Positions 8,780 through 18,280 are shown, counted from the stretch's first letter. The stretch is DNA of 32,715 nucleotides from Euryarchaeota archaeon UBA226 (GCA_002505935.1 DAWL01000147.1:6393-39107), one strand, 5' to 3'. Made by a program: numbers and translations. Notes: a model not told the origin generated them from the sequence alone.

Positions 8780-9328
8780 TCAATCCTCGCTCGAACCATC
8801 GAGGAAGAGACCGTCAGATTCGAACTTATCGCGCCAGTGCACCGCAGCCATTGCCACTAGATTGGCGTGTCTAGCATCTGTACTGATGGCCTTACCGTTA
8901 GCCCATACTAGAAGTTCCAAATCATGTCGTTGATCATCGATTCGCAAACAATTCAATCTAGTATCCATCTTAGCCTCTTTAGCATAAATTGGGACCCTTT
9001 CAATTTCCAATCTTCTACCTAAATCAAAGGAGGCAATAACTGGTCCTTTCTCCGAAGTCAATCCTTCATCGCTTTCACCAATACGCAGCAAGAACTCTCT
9101 CGCTGCTGCGCGAGCCGCCTGAGGTTGAATAGTCCCATGAACAACAATTCTTCCATCCTTGTCGATTAGAATGGTGGCCCTAGGCCTTTGCAAAGCATGG
9201 ATGACATAATCACCACTACGGGTTGCACCTAGTTCTTTTACTGCTTTCTCAGGGTCGAAAGGTGTTGCAGGAGTAAAACGAATCAACTGATTTTCTACCT
9301 GAACCATCGGTGCTTCAGAACTCGCCAT
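8780..9328 (-). CDS. Divergent two-repeat TBP-fold (TATA-binding-protein-like) protein
   Basis: Hand alignment to archaeal and yeast TBP gives two repeats. Repeat 1 is VQVENQLIRF...DYVIHALQRPRATILIDKDGRIVVHGT. Repeat 2 is PVIASFDLGRRLEIERV...LELLVWANGKAISTD. These compare with IENIVAS.DL...LIFSSGKxVxTGA in each TBP repeat. The preferred ATG at 9328 lies 2 nt after the upstream stop. Confidence 0.5.
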   Translation of the reverse strand: MASSEAPMVQVENQLIRFTPATPFDPEKAVKELGATRSGDYVIHALQRPRATILIDKDGRIVVHGTIQPQAARAAAREFLLRIGESDEGLTSEKGPVIASFDLGRRLEIERVPIYAKEAKMDTRLNCLRIDDQRHDLELLVWANGKAISTDARHANLVAMAAVHWRDKFESDGLFLDGSSED

Positions 9329-9330
9329 AT

Positions 9331-10128
9331 TCACTCCTCCTCCCCGTCCGAGGAGCCACATACCTTTGCGATTTCCGGCTCGATTCCTGCATCGAGGATA
9401 GCCAACAACTCTCCGACCCTCACCTGAGGAGAAGGTACCAACAATGTAGCATCTGCACCAAGTTCAGTTCGCAAGTCAGCCATTGCCCCCCTCAATCTCG
9501 CGCATATCCTGCGGTCTCGACTCATCCTCAACTCGGGAGATAGGCTCTCTTCCAATAGCCACCACCAAGCGGCTGCTAAGGCCGAAGCAGCCTGTAATTC
9601 AACTGGACCTGAAGGAGGTGGAGAAGACAATGCCCTTGCTTGCTTCAACAATTTGCCGAACCTTCTGCCCTGTCGTGGAATTTTCAGCAGGGTCCTCCAT
9701 CTGGTCAAATAGTCTGCTTCCTCGCCCAGATGTTCGACCCAAGCCTCATCGTCGAGTGGTGGTTCAAGATTGTACACGTTGCGTCCATGTTTCCTTGCTA
9801 ATCTAAGCAGACGCCATGGTTCAGGATCAGGAAATCTACCTCCAGATACCTCTTCAAGCAGCATCAAGCGTTCGAGGTACAATCGCGTTGCTCCACCCCC
9901 CAACATCGCTTCTGTTAGATTGATCCCCGCACTTTCTTTCTCGGACTTGTCCTCAAATTCCCAAACTTCGAGATCATCTTCTCCAGCAACCAATGCCAAT
10001 CCATCCCATTGCATCCTAGGACGCATTGCCTGTGGATGAACCACAGTAGGTAGGACCCCATGCAGAATTATCCGACCGCCGTCAGGATCCTCCCAAAGAT
10101 GGTCCTCCCATTCGAGGAGTCGGCTCAT
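9331..10128 (-). CDS. Hypothetical protein, 265 aa, with a weak TraB/GumN-like C-terminal pattern
   Basis: The long ORF starts at an ATG 5 nt after the stop of the giant gene. SRDRRICARLRGAM...LLVPSPQVRVGELL loosely resembles the ERDxxMAxxL...VVGxGHxxG region of the TraB family. The functional call is low confidence. Confidence 0.55.
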   Translation of the reverse strand: MSRLLEWEDHLWEDPDGGRIILHGVLPTVVHPQAMRPRMQWDGLALVAGEDDLEVWEFEDKSEKESAGINLTEAMLGGGATRLYLERLMLLEEVSGGRFPDPEPWRLLRLARKHGRNVYNLEPPLDDEAWVEHLGEEADYLTRWRTLLKIPRQGRRFGKLLKQARALSSPPPSGPVELQAASALAAAWWWLLEESLSPELRMSRDRRICARLRGAMADLRTELGADATLLVPSPQVRVGELLAILDAGIEPEIAKVCGSSDGEEE

Positions 10129-10133
10129 TCACA

Positions 10134-13100
10134 TCATCCCTGTTGGCGGACCCAATCACGCAGTTGCTCCACTGACCAGCCCATGTCGAAGTATCCCTGA
10201 ATGGTTTGTTGGTCCCACTGTGGGAATTCAGCCAAGGCTTGTTGCATCTCTGCAGATACCTCAGTTCCATAACTTCCGTATCCACCACCAGCATGGTCGT
10301 AACCACCTCCGCCATAAGCTCCTTCAGCACCTCCACCATATCCTTGCTGAGCCTCGTATGGCAATGTTGGGTATGATTTTTCATCCTCATATTCGTACTC
10401 GTCATCGTATTCACCTTCGCTACGACCTCGCAGCACCAATACTACAACAACGATGATGAGAATACCAATCAAAGCACCTAATGCTGCTAGAATCATTCCG
10501 ATTGGCAAAGAGTCATCGGTTTGAGTTGCTAGACTAATGTCGTAAGTCTGGCCAGCATTAATACTCGTATAGATCAATTCACCAGTCAAATTATTGGTTA
10601 TCTCAAAGTGAAGATCCGCCTTTGCTTCTCTGAAAGGCTCAATCGACACCTCCATATTGTGAGAATTTGAACCAAGAGTCCCATCGAATACGCCAATCAT
10701 TGGTGTTGAAACGATAGCCACGGTTGCCCGAGCGCCATCGCTTGCTGAGACTACCTCTATCTTCATCTCAAGAATTCCTTCGGTGTTTCCATCATTACGT
10801 ACGGTAATGTCAAGTTGAACGTCTTCACCTACCTCGGGAGCATTCGGGAACATCTTGAATTGGGTCACCTCAAATTCTGCTTGCTCGTATACCACTTCAT
10901 ATTCGCTGGTCCATTGATCCTGTGTCCCACGAATCGGATTTTCGGAATCGCCTCCTCCAGACAAACCTAGACCTGCAGTATCCCTGCCGGTCACCCAGAA
11001 TCTCAATATGACGTTCTGCAATTGTGCCCTACTAGGAAGTTCATGGCCATCTGGCCATAGATCGATACATTCGGCGCTTTCAGCGATTATCTGGTCACCG
11101 CCACCTACGAGACTGAGATTCTTCGATAATGCACCGCCATAATTACTCTCGGCGAAACTCCAATTCTCGCCATTCTGGAAATACATCCAGTTGACATAGA
11201 TAGACTGTGGCGATAGGCGCTCTGTCTCCTTAATCATCAACTGAACATCAACGCAATGTATCGATGATGATGGCATGATTCCATCTGAAAGAGTTGCGCC
11301 CTTAGTGTCAGTCACTTGCCATGTATTGGCTAATACCTCTGGAGCGCTACTGTCAACTTTGATTCTGAAGACTTGTGAAGTGGTAGTGTGGTCAACTGCT
11401 CCCTCAGGCAATGAAGAGGCCTGAACTTGGAATATATATCTGAAATCATTCGTTTTGCTAGGGGCGGTCAGATTGATTGAGAAAGTTCCTCCGTCAAATG
11501 GATGGTAGGTTGTCTCACCCAAAAGTTGCTCATTACCACTGGAATCCGCTGATGCATCTTCTCTAGTAATTACCATGACCATTGGTATTTCTGGAGTGAC
11601 AACATGGTCTGGATATCCATCCTTGAATGCATATTGACCCGAGAATTGTACAGTATCTCCTGAATAGACATAATCCATACTTGAGCCACTGCCGAAATCA
11701 TATACGGACTCGGTGATGAACGGACCCGTCATATCCGTCAATTGCAAAGAAGTAGTATCCAAGAGGAATCCATCTCCATAAATCCACCTCTGCTTGTACC
11801 TACCTCCAGATTCGGTCAATACCGAAGAAGGATTATTGGGATCCAAATCCTTGACACGAACTTGAGGTGTCATTACAGAAGTTGCAGTAGGAATTGCCCA
11901 CTGTAAGCGAATCGGCATATCGAGCATGAATTCTGTCTCGAATGGATCAATCAATGCCTGCCCATTTCTACGAAGCATCTGAGTACCGTCGCTTTCGTTA
12001 GATGCTTCAATAATCTCAATCCACTGACTATCTGTAATAGCGGTATTATTTCTCGGATAATACTTGAGGACCATATCTCCGGGCACACCTGGGTTCAAAT
12101 CTATCTCATAAGACTGGATATCTCTCCAACCATTGTCATCTCTTCCCTCTACTATGAGATGATACTCATTACCTGCATACATCGTCTTAGTAGTGGTGTC
12201 AAATTCATTTCCTGCAGAATCACGAATCTTGAAACTCTCAATACCTGGATTGCGACTTCCCATGCCGACATAAGATACCAAATCATGATCCAGTCCGGGT
12301 GAACCGGCCATGATCAGATTGCCCGCTAGATCATTACCGGAGACGTAGAGGCTGACCCGACCATCATAACCATCATTGGCAATATCATTGATACTTCCAT
12401 AATAATAGGAGATAGGAGCGCCACCGTCACCTGTCATCTCCAACTGACGATACTCACTCTCCTGTGGGATTCCGTCACCGTCATCGTGGTCTTGCTGAAC
12501 CCAATAGTTGAGCATCAACTTCTCAGGAGGCTCTGGGATATCTTGTGCAGAGAAATTGAACCATTGAGTTTGAGATGGCTCTACCCACGTATCGTCATAC
12601 AAAGGCCTCCAATAACCACCAGAATGGCTGGGTGATGCTGAACCATCCCACACCATTGTTTCGACAAGAGATGGTGAATATGTGTCAATCGTCAGCTGGA
12701 ACTCAACTTCGCAATCTGGACCTGGGAAATATTCCGCAGGTGGACACAAAGTATCGCCACCAGAATATTCAGACATTCGGAAACGATAATTCTCTGTTCC
12801 TGCAGCGTCTTCACCAAGATCAACCTGCCAATCGAAGTCTCCACTGTTTGGTCCGGAAGCGTTACTGATTTCAAGCCAAGAATAAGTTATGTTCGAGGGG
12901 TCGGTATTGTTGATGATTAGTCGCTCCAAAAGAATACGATATGCTGAGGGATCCGGTGCTGCATCCAACCCTTCCAACCTGATACTTCCAACCAGACGTA
13001 ACATCTGATTGGAACGGGCATCTGACAAGGTCTGTGATTCACCTGCACTATTCTGAACGTCAAAAGCAGTTATTCCAGCATCGTTCTCAATTGCATTACC

Positions 13101-15953
13101 TTCACTCGGCACCAAGGCAATCGCTCCGGGAAGTCCCTCTACTCCATTATCTGCAATTAGAGTAGCAAACAAACGCGCTTCTGGAGAATCCTCCCATGAC
13201 GGATTGATAGTAAACCTCCAAGTTATCTTCTTGGCTCCAAGAAGATCTTCAGCAGTAGACGATTGCAAAGTTATCAGATTCTCGCTATCATCTACTTCCC
13301 AGAAATCCATCAGGTCTGAGTAACCCAACTCGATGGAACCGCTCGTAGATTCGATTCTCAGACGAGCCTCTTGGAATGATGCACCGGTAGAAGAATCGAT
13401 ATTGTGCATACTGACTGCTTCGATTATTCTGCCATCTGGGTAAAGCCCTTCAGGAGAATCCGTCAAAGTAAGTGTGCTGTCGTAACCATTCGCTGAAGTT
13501 ACTGATAGATCAAACAACGACAAGGCGCCACCCGAAGTTGCGTGCATCTTGAACGGTACATCTACGAACCCTCCTACTTCAGTTCCTAGAGCGATACCCT
13601 GAGATAACTCGCGTACCAAATCATGAGTACTACCGAGTTCTGTGTTCCAATCGTACAGAATAATCAGATTCTGCATCCTCATACTTGCTCCAGTTGAAGC
13701 ATTAGGACTCTGAGCCTTGAAGTGGAAAGATAGCCATTCATTTCCATATTGATCAACATGGCTTGTAGGCACCATTGGATTGTTCATCAATGAGTTCAGC
13801 GCACCTTTGAAGTCGACATCAGGAGTATTGAAACCACCGCTGGACCAAGTGCTAACGTTCTGCCATTCACCTAAGGTCACATTCTGTGAACCGGACAAGA
13901 TATCCATGACGAATCCCTCTTCGGGGTTATTGTTTGAGTAAATTGTATTCTGGTCCAGTGCAACTTCTGCGGCGAGGATATTTGCACCTCTAGGCAACAT
14001 GAATGTTCCACCTTGGCCAACTCCCGATGGACCCAAAGTTACCATGCTACTATCCTTGGCCAAATTGATTTCACCAACCTTCGTATCCCAGAAAACGTTC
14101 TGCTTACCGAAATGGCCGAAGGCAGGCTCTGCAAAACCCCACTCGTAATCTCCATCTCCTGCGATGTCTAGAAGGACACTTCTGGGACTGAATCCGAATT
14201 GTAAGTCAAACCACAAACCAGTGACTGAACACGGAACTGAATATGAGACATGAGTGACGAAACTGAATAACGGTTCATCAGGTGTCCACATTTGATTGGG
14301 AGTTACCGAAACAGGAGCTGATTCTCCAATTTCCATTTCAATACTTGGATCATCAGTACAATCATCTGTGATGATTGGTTTAATTCCAGTTATCGGCTGA
14401 TTGAAACTGCTTTTTAAGGCAGGAGGTGATATCGAATTATCAGTCAAAGTAGGGAAAAACATCAGCATCTCGCCCATGACACCACTTGTTGACCACTGCC
14501 CTTGCTCTGCGGGTGGACTTGCTATCAGCATACGGGTATCATTGAATCCGCTTCCGACTCTACTGCCCAGATGGATAGCGTGTAAAGTTGGAGTGGAAAG
14601 ACGATAGGTTCCACTATCAAAGTTGAACCTAAGTTGAATCTGCGGATATTGTGAAGCATTGATACCCCACAACTCGATGGTATTGCCCTCTAATCCGGAA
14701 AGGACTTGGCCTGAATTGTCAACAACCACATCAGTTCCTTGAGCATTCAATATGTCTACACTCAAACTATTGGTAGAAGTGGTTTCAGATTCCAATTGCA
14801 AGAAGCCGTATCCATCTGGGAAACCATGCTGACCCATTGCCAATGATGCGGAGAAACCTTCGACGACAACGCTTCCTGATTGTGGCAGCAAATCTCCCAA
14901 CCTGAAGTCATCGATATACCAACCTGGAAGGAAAGAGTCGGCCGGATTCTTTCCAAGATTCTCATTTCTCTCGAGTACGAAACGTAGCCGGATGTATTTG
15001 TTCATATGTTCTCTAAGGTCTAATGCCAAAGTTCCCCATCCGTTGGGATTCAACTGAGAGTGGACTGAAGTGCCTCCCAATGCATAACTTCCTGTTGCTA
15101 CCCCATCACAATATGTAATCTTGTTATGCCCATTACCGACAGGGTACAAACCATTGCTGTAGCTGATTCCACTACTATTGGCAACATCAAAATCAATAGT
15201 TTGCCATGCGTTAGCCCAATCCATTCCGTTGGAAGAGATATCATATTGAACATATGCGCAATCATACATGTTATTCACCGGATTACTTGAGGTGCCGGAA
15301 TTATTGTAAAACAATGAATGGTAAGATGAAAACTTAGCTATGTAACCAGTCGGGCTAACCCACATGCTTGGGCTATACAATTCAAACTCGAACGGACTGC
15401 CGGGTTGACCATCGTCGGGATAGTACGAATCAAACGGATTAGTACCCCAACATGACTCTCCACTATTGCAACTCAAGTTGATGACATCCTGATTTGTCAT
15501 TATCGCATGATCAAAACTACTCATTGCAGGAGGAATGGCACTGGAATGGAAGCCAGCATCAGTATTCTCAAAATCTGTTGTGAAACCATCACTGATCAAA
15601 CTTAGATACTTCTCGGTGTAGGTGAAATCATCCTTATTGCTGTAGGAAGTTCTTTGATTGTTGTAAGAAGGGTCCCAAATATCCGCATTGTTACTCGCAT
15701 CAAAGGTAATCACTTGACTATGGTTAGCCATTGCTGTACCAACTTTCACCGATGCACTGGTCACTGTACCTCCATCCGGTAGAGCTACGTTTCCATCCAC
15801 TACATTCGTATAAGTCAAAGGCTCCTTGACCTCAATAACAACTTCTTCTGAACCATTTCCGAAGGTCGTAGTTGTAGTCGCTGAAGATAAACTACAGAAT
15901 AACATTAGGAACACGAATAGCAATGCAGGAATACTCTTTCTTTCATTCTTCAT
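10134..15953 (-). CDS. Giant (1939 aa) secreted surface protein with a C-terminal TM anchor and a Gly/Tyr- and acid-rich cytoplasmic tail
   Basis: Signal-like N-terminus (IPALLFVFLMLFCSLSSA), followed by about 1800 aa rich in Ser/Thr/Asn/Asp/Gly and aromatic residues. A CARDB-like segment (PNAPEVGEDVQLDITVRNDGNTEG) lies near the C-terminus. The TM segment is LPIGMILAALGALIGILIIVVVVLVL. The tail reads RGRSEGEYDDEYEYEDE...GYGGGAEGAYGGGGYDHAGGGYGSYG. GAGGTGA sits 5 nt upstream of the ATG. Confidence 0.85.
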   Translation of the reverse strand: MKNERKSIPALLFVFLMLFCSLSSATTTTTFGNGSEEVVIEVKEPLTYTNVVDGNVALPDGGTVTSASVKVGTAMANHSQVITFDASNNADIWDPSYNNQRTSYSNKDDFTYTEKYLSLISDGFTTDFENTDAGFHSSAIPPAMSSFDHAIMTNQDVINLSCNSGESCWGTNPFDSYYPDDGQPGSPFEFELYSPSMWVSPTGYIAKFSSYHSLFYNNSGTSSNPVNNMYDCAYVQYDISSNGMDWANAWQTIDFDVANSSGISYSNGLYPVGNGHNKITYCDGVATGSYALGGTSVHSQLNPNGWGTLALDLREHMNKYIRLRFVLERNENLGKNPADSFLPGWYIDDFRLGDLLPQSGSVVVEGFSASLAMGQHGFPDGYGFLQLESETTSTNSLSVDILNAQGTDVVVDNSGQVLSGLEGNTIELWGINASQYPQIQLRFNFDSGTYRLSTPTLHAIHLGSRVGSGFNDTRMLIASPPAEQGQWSTSGVMGEMLMFFPTLTDNSISPPALKSSFNQPITGIKPIITDDCTDDPSIEMEIGESAPVSVTPNQMWTPDEPLFSFVTHVSYSVPCSVTGLWFDLQFGFSPRSVLLDIAGDGDYEWGFAEPAFGHFGKQNVFWDTKVGEINLAKDSSMVTLGPSGVGQGGTFMLPRGANILAAEVALDQNTIYSNNNPEEGFVMDILSGSQNVTLGEWQNVSTWSSGGFNTPDVDFKGALNSLMNNPMVPTSHVDQYGNEWLSFHFKAQSPNASTGASMRMQNLIILYDWNTELGSTHDLVRELSQGIALGTEVGGFVDVPFKMHATSGGALSLFDLSVTSANGYDSTLTLTDSPEGLYPDGRIIEAVSMHNIDSSTGASFQEARLRIESTSGSIELGYSDLMDFWEVDDSENLITLQSSTAEDLLGAKKITWRFTINPSWEDSPEARLFATLIADNGVEGLPGAIALVPSEGNAIENDAGITAFDVQNSAGESQTLSDARSNQMLRLVGSIRLEGLDAAPDPSAYRILLERLIINNTDPSNITYSWLEISNASGPNSGDFDWQVDLGEDAAGTENYRFRMSEYSGGDTLCPPAEYFPGPDCEVEFQLTIDTYSPSLVETMVWDGSASPSHSGGYWRPLYDDTWVEPSQTQWFNFSAQDIPEPPEKLMLNYWVQQDHDDGDGIPQESEYRQLEMTGDGGAPISYYYGSINDIANDGYDGRVSLYVSGNDLAGNLIMAGSPGLDHDLVSYVGMGSRNPGIESFKIRDSAGNEFDTTTKTMYAGNEYHLIVEGRDDNGWRDIQSYEIDLNPGVPGDMVLKYYPRNNTAITDSQWIEIIEASNESDGTQMLRRNGQALIDPFETEFMLDMPIRLQWAIPTATSVMTPQVRVKDLDPNNPSSVLTESGGRYKQRWIYGDGFLLDTTSLQLTDMTGPFITESVYDFGSGSSMDYVYSGDTVQFSGQYAFKDGYPDHVVTPEIPMVMVITREDASADSSGNEQLLGETTYHPFDGGTFSINLTAPSKTNDFRYIFQVQASSLPEGAVDHTTTSQVFRIKVDSSAPEVLANTWQVTDTKGATLSDGIMPSSSIHCVDVQLMIKETERLSPQSIYVNWMYFQNGENWSFAESNYGGALSKNLSLVGGGDQIIAESAECIDLWPDGHELPSRAQLQNVILRFWVTGRDTAGLGLSGGGDSENPIRGTQDQWTSEYEVVYEQAEFEVTQFKMFPNAPEVGEDVQLDITVRNDGNTEGILEMKIEVVSASDGARATVAIVSTPMIGVFDGTLGSNSHNMEVSIEPFREAKADLHFEITNNLTGELIYTSINAGQTYDISLATQTDDSLPIGMILAALGALIGILIIVVVVLVLRGRSEGEYDDEYEYEDEKSYPTLPYEAQQGYGGGAEGAYGGGGYDHAGGGYGSYGTEVSAEMQQALAEFPQWDQQTIQGYFDMGWSVEQLRDWVRQQG

Positions 15954-16001
15954 CCAGTCACCTCGCGGAGTGATTCATTGCCTCGACATGACACCCACAT
16001 G

Positions 16002-16042
16002 AAAAACCATCGGGCGTTTGATGAGCGGCCCCTTAGGGGCCG
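16002..16042 (-). terminator. GC-rich hairpin (CGGCCCC tta GGGGCCG, 16026..16042) followed by a T5 run (16002..16006 on the minus strand)
   Basis: A perfect 7-bp stem begins 4 nt after the stop of the ThiI-like gene, and a T-run follows about 20 nt later. The element separates that gene from the promoter region of the giant gene. Confidence 0.5.
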
Positions 16043-16045
16043 TGT

Positions 16046-16711
16046 TCAGAAAAGATGCACCGTTCTCCTCTCAGACCAACATCCTTCAGCAGCCTTAACA
16101 AGGCCACCTACTAAGGTCTCATTTCGTAGCAATCTGTCCATATCTGCGATCGTGGTTGGATGCTTTGGCCCCAATGCATCGCACTCCTCTGGACCGACAC
16201 TGATTTCGTAAGTTCCAAGCGCCCTAGCCATAGCGATGACTTCCTGCTTATCTAGGCCGAGTAATGGGCGCAATACTGGTAATGGTGACGCCACTTCAAC
16301 AGCACCCATATTTCCTAGAGTTTGAGAAGAAACCTGGCCTAGATTTTCACCACTCAAGACATGGCTGGCTCCAACTTCTAGAGCGCATAGGTGAGCAAGT
16401 TTTTGGTAAAGCCTCTTCATATGTACGAAATAGTCGCGGTGGGCATCTCCTTCAGTGAAAGCAGCGAGTACTTCAGCGACTGGAACGACCTGCAATTCAT
16501 TGGAGATTCCTTCAGGGAATTTTTGCGCAAGATATTGTAAAGACTTCACTGTCTTTTCTTCAGCCTCTGGGCCTGTTACAGGCTCCTGAGATGCGTGAAC
16601 CGCGTGTATAGTCCAACCATCTGCTAGCATTCTAGCTACTGCAACTGGTGAATCGATACCTCCCGAAACAAGCGCCACGGCACTTTTCGCAGGGCTAGCA
16701 TTACCTTGCAC
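16046..16711 (-). CDS. ThiI-like PP-loop ATP pyrophosphatase domain protein (221 aa; no THUMP domain)
   Basis: ALVSGGIDSPVAVARML is the SGGxDS PP-loop in its ThiI-type form (SGGIDSPVA). The protein is too short to contain the N-terminal ferredoxin-like/THUMP module. The start appears to be GTG. Confidence 0.7.
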   Translation of the reverse strand: MQGNASPAKSAVALVSGGIDSPVAVARMLADGWTIHAVHASQEPVTGPEAEEKTVKSLQYLAQKFPEGISNELQVVPVAEVLAAFTEGDAHRDYFVHMKRLYQKLAHLCALEVGASHVLSGENLGQVSSQTLGNMGAVEVASPLPVLRPLLGLDKQEVIAMARALGTYEISVGPEECDALGPKHPTTIADMDRLLRNETLVGGLVKAAEGCWSERRTVHLF

Positions 16712-16759
16712 GGGCTTCCGACAAGGAACGCCTTGAAAGCATTAGGCCGCCCCGCAGGT

Positions 16760-17230
16760 ATGAGGAGCATGGAACCATTCAGCAAAGAACCGGTCACCTT
16801 GATCGAGGAAGTATTCCCTCAGGACACCAACAGTTACGGCACACTGTTTGGAGGAAAACTGATGGAAATGATGGATAAAGCCGCAGGAATTGTAGCGAGT
16901 AAATTCGCCCATAGGGAATTCGTCACCGTTTCGGTAGATACCATGGAATTCAAGAGCCCTGCAAGAAAAGGGGATTTGATTGAAGTCGTTGGCAAAGTTG
17001 TCTTCACATCTACTCACAGCGCAGCCTGTAAGGTCAAGGCCTATGCTATGAGCAAAGCGGATTGGAGCCGCAAAGAAATATGCTCTGGATTCTTCTTCAT
17101 GGTAGCTATCGATAACCAGATGCGGCCCATACCAATTCCGCAATTGATTCCTGAAACCCCCGAGGAAGAGATTGAGTGGCAGGAAGCCAGCGCAATTCGT
17201 CAAGACCTGTTGGCTAGGAAAAAGGAATGA
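16760..17230 (+). CDS. Acyl-CoA thioesterase (hotdog fold, YciA/BFIT-like)
   Basis: FPQDTNSYGTLFGGKLMEMMDKAAGIVA is the characteristic acyl-CoA hydrolase motif, and the size fits. The track start is a TTG at 16706 that overlaps the divergent gene, so the ATG at 16760 (or 16769) is preferred. Confidence 0.8.
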   Translation: MRSMEPFSKEPVTLIEEVFPQDTNSYGTLFGGKLMEMMDKAAGIVASKFAHREFVTVSVDTMEFKSPARKGDLIEVVGKVVFTSTHSAACKVKAYAMSKADWSRKEICSGFFFMVAIDNQMRPIPIPQLIPETPEEEIEWQEASAIRQDLLARKKE

Positions 17231-17266
17231 TGAAATCATATTGATGATGAGCCTCTGCCGATTACT

Positions 17267-18280
17267 ATGCCGGTACTGAACATCGCCATGATTGGCAGCG
17301 ACGAATTAGCCAAAGACATTGCCAAAGCATCTGATCAAAGGGATGTGCACACCTATGTTCACAAAGAGACTTCCGAAGATGGAGAACCGCGTATACTTTC
17401 TCTGATACGCCCGGCAAAATATCCTGAAAGGTTGGCTCCTTTCCTTGAAGCATTGAGCGTTTCAAGAGCCGGATTTCTTGAAGTGAAAATGGTTGATGCC
17501 TCACTGGGTGAAGCCTTGGTGGCGTTCTCATCAGCCGGAATCACCAAGGGAGTGTATACAATCAATCCTTCAGAAGGAGAATGGGTAGATTCAGAACAAG
17601 TTTCCACACTTATTCAACAGGCTGGACTAGGAAATTGGAATATGGTCCCAGCGGATGGGGTGGAAATCAGAAGTCGATTGATGTTGATGCTAGAAGAAAT
17701 GATTCCTCAACTCAAAGAAGAAGCTACAAGGCCACTATTGGTCCCAGTCGACCAATATTTCAATGTCAAAGGGATTGGTTTAGTTGCTATAGGGTATGTC
17801 CAGCAAGGTACTGTATCGGTCCATGATGAATTAGCAGCAATGCCAGCACTAGGTACCGCAAATGCTCGTTCCTTGCAAGTTATGGATGACGATGTCAAGC
17901 AGGCGCTAGCCGGAGACAGAGTTGGAATTGCAATGAGGAATGCCGAAGAATCTTGGTTGGGAGGAGGAGCAATTCTGGTACACAAACCAACAGATGATGA
18001 GTCTGAAGATAGCCCGCTACAAGTTACTAGTCGTACAAGCATGAAGGTTAACAAGAATCCATTCCAACGTCGTGATCTTCATGTTGGAGACGTCGTTCAC
18101 ATCTCATCAGATTTACAGTTCATCGTTGGTAGAGTTTCCAAGGTTGAGAATGATGAACTCATTGTAGATTGGGATTCACCGCTTCTTGCTAGAGTTGACG
18201 GCCCGGTAAATGCACTGCTGAATCAACTTGATTCAAACCCACGGATAATTGGTGGAATCTCTGAATTGATTCCATTGTGA
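17267..18280 (+). CDS. EF-Tu/EF-1A-like protein with a degenerate G domain
   Basis: PLLVPVDQYFNVKGIGLVAIGYVQQGTVSVHDEL...GDRVGIAMRN is an EF-Tu domain-2 beta-barrel pattern. The N-terminal LNIAMIGSDELAKDI occupies the position of NIGxIGHVDHGKT but lacks the GKS/T of the P-loop. Confidence 0.7.
   Translation: MPVLNIAMIGSDELAKDIAKASDQRDVHTYVHKETSEDGEPRILSLIRPAKYPERLAPFLEALSVSRAGFLEVKMVDASLGEALVAFSSAGITKGVYTINPSEGEWVDSEQVSTLIQQAGLGNWNMVPADGVEIRSRLMLMLEEMIPQLKEEATRPLLVPVDQYFNVKGIGLVAIGYVQQGTVSVHDELAAMPALGTANARSLQVMDDDVKQALAGDRVGIAMRNAEESWLGGGAILVHKPTDDESEDSPLQVTSRTSMKVNKNPFQRRDLHVGDVVHISSDLQFIVGRVSKVENDELIVDWDSPLLARVDGPVNALLNQLDSNPRIIGGISELIPL

Noticed and set aside
10082-10456. ORFs 10082..10414 (minus) and 10220..10456 (plus), rich in His, Met and Thr.
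   Set aside because: They overlap the Gly/Tyr- and acid-rich tail-coding part of the giant gene. The open alternative frames are explained by repetitive codon composition.
16742-17239. 165-aa minus-strand ORF covering the thioesterase gene.
   Set aside because: It is antisense to a gene with an unambiguous hotdog acyl-CoA hydrolase motif, and it has no motif of its own.
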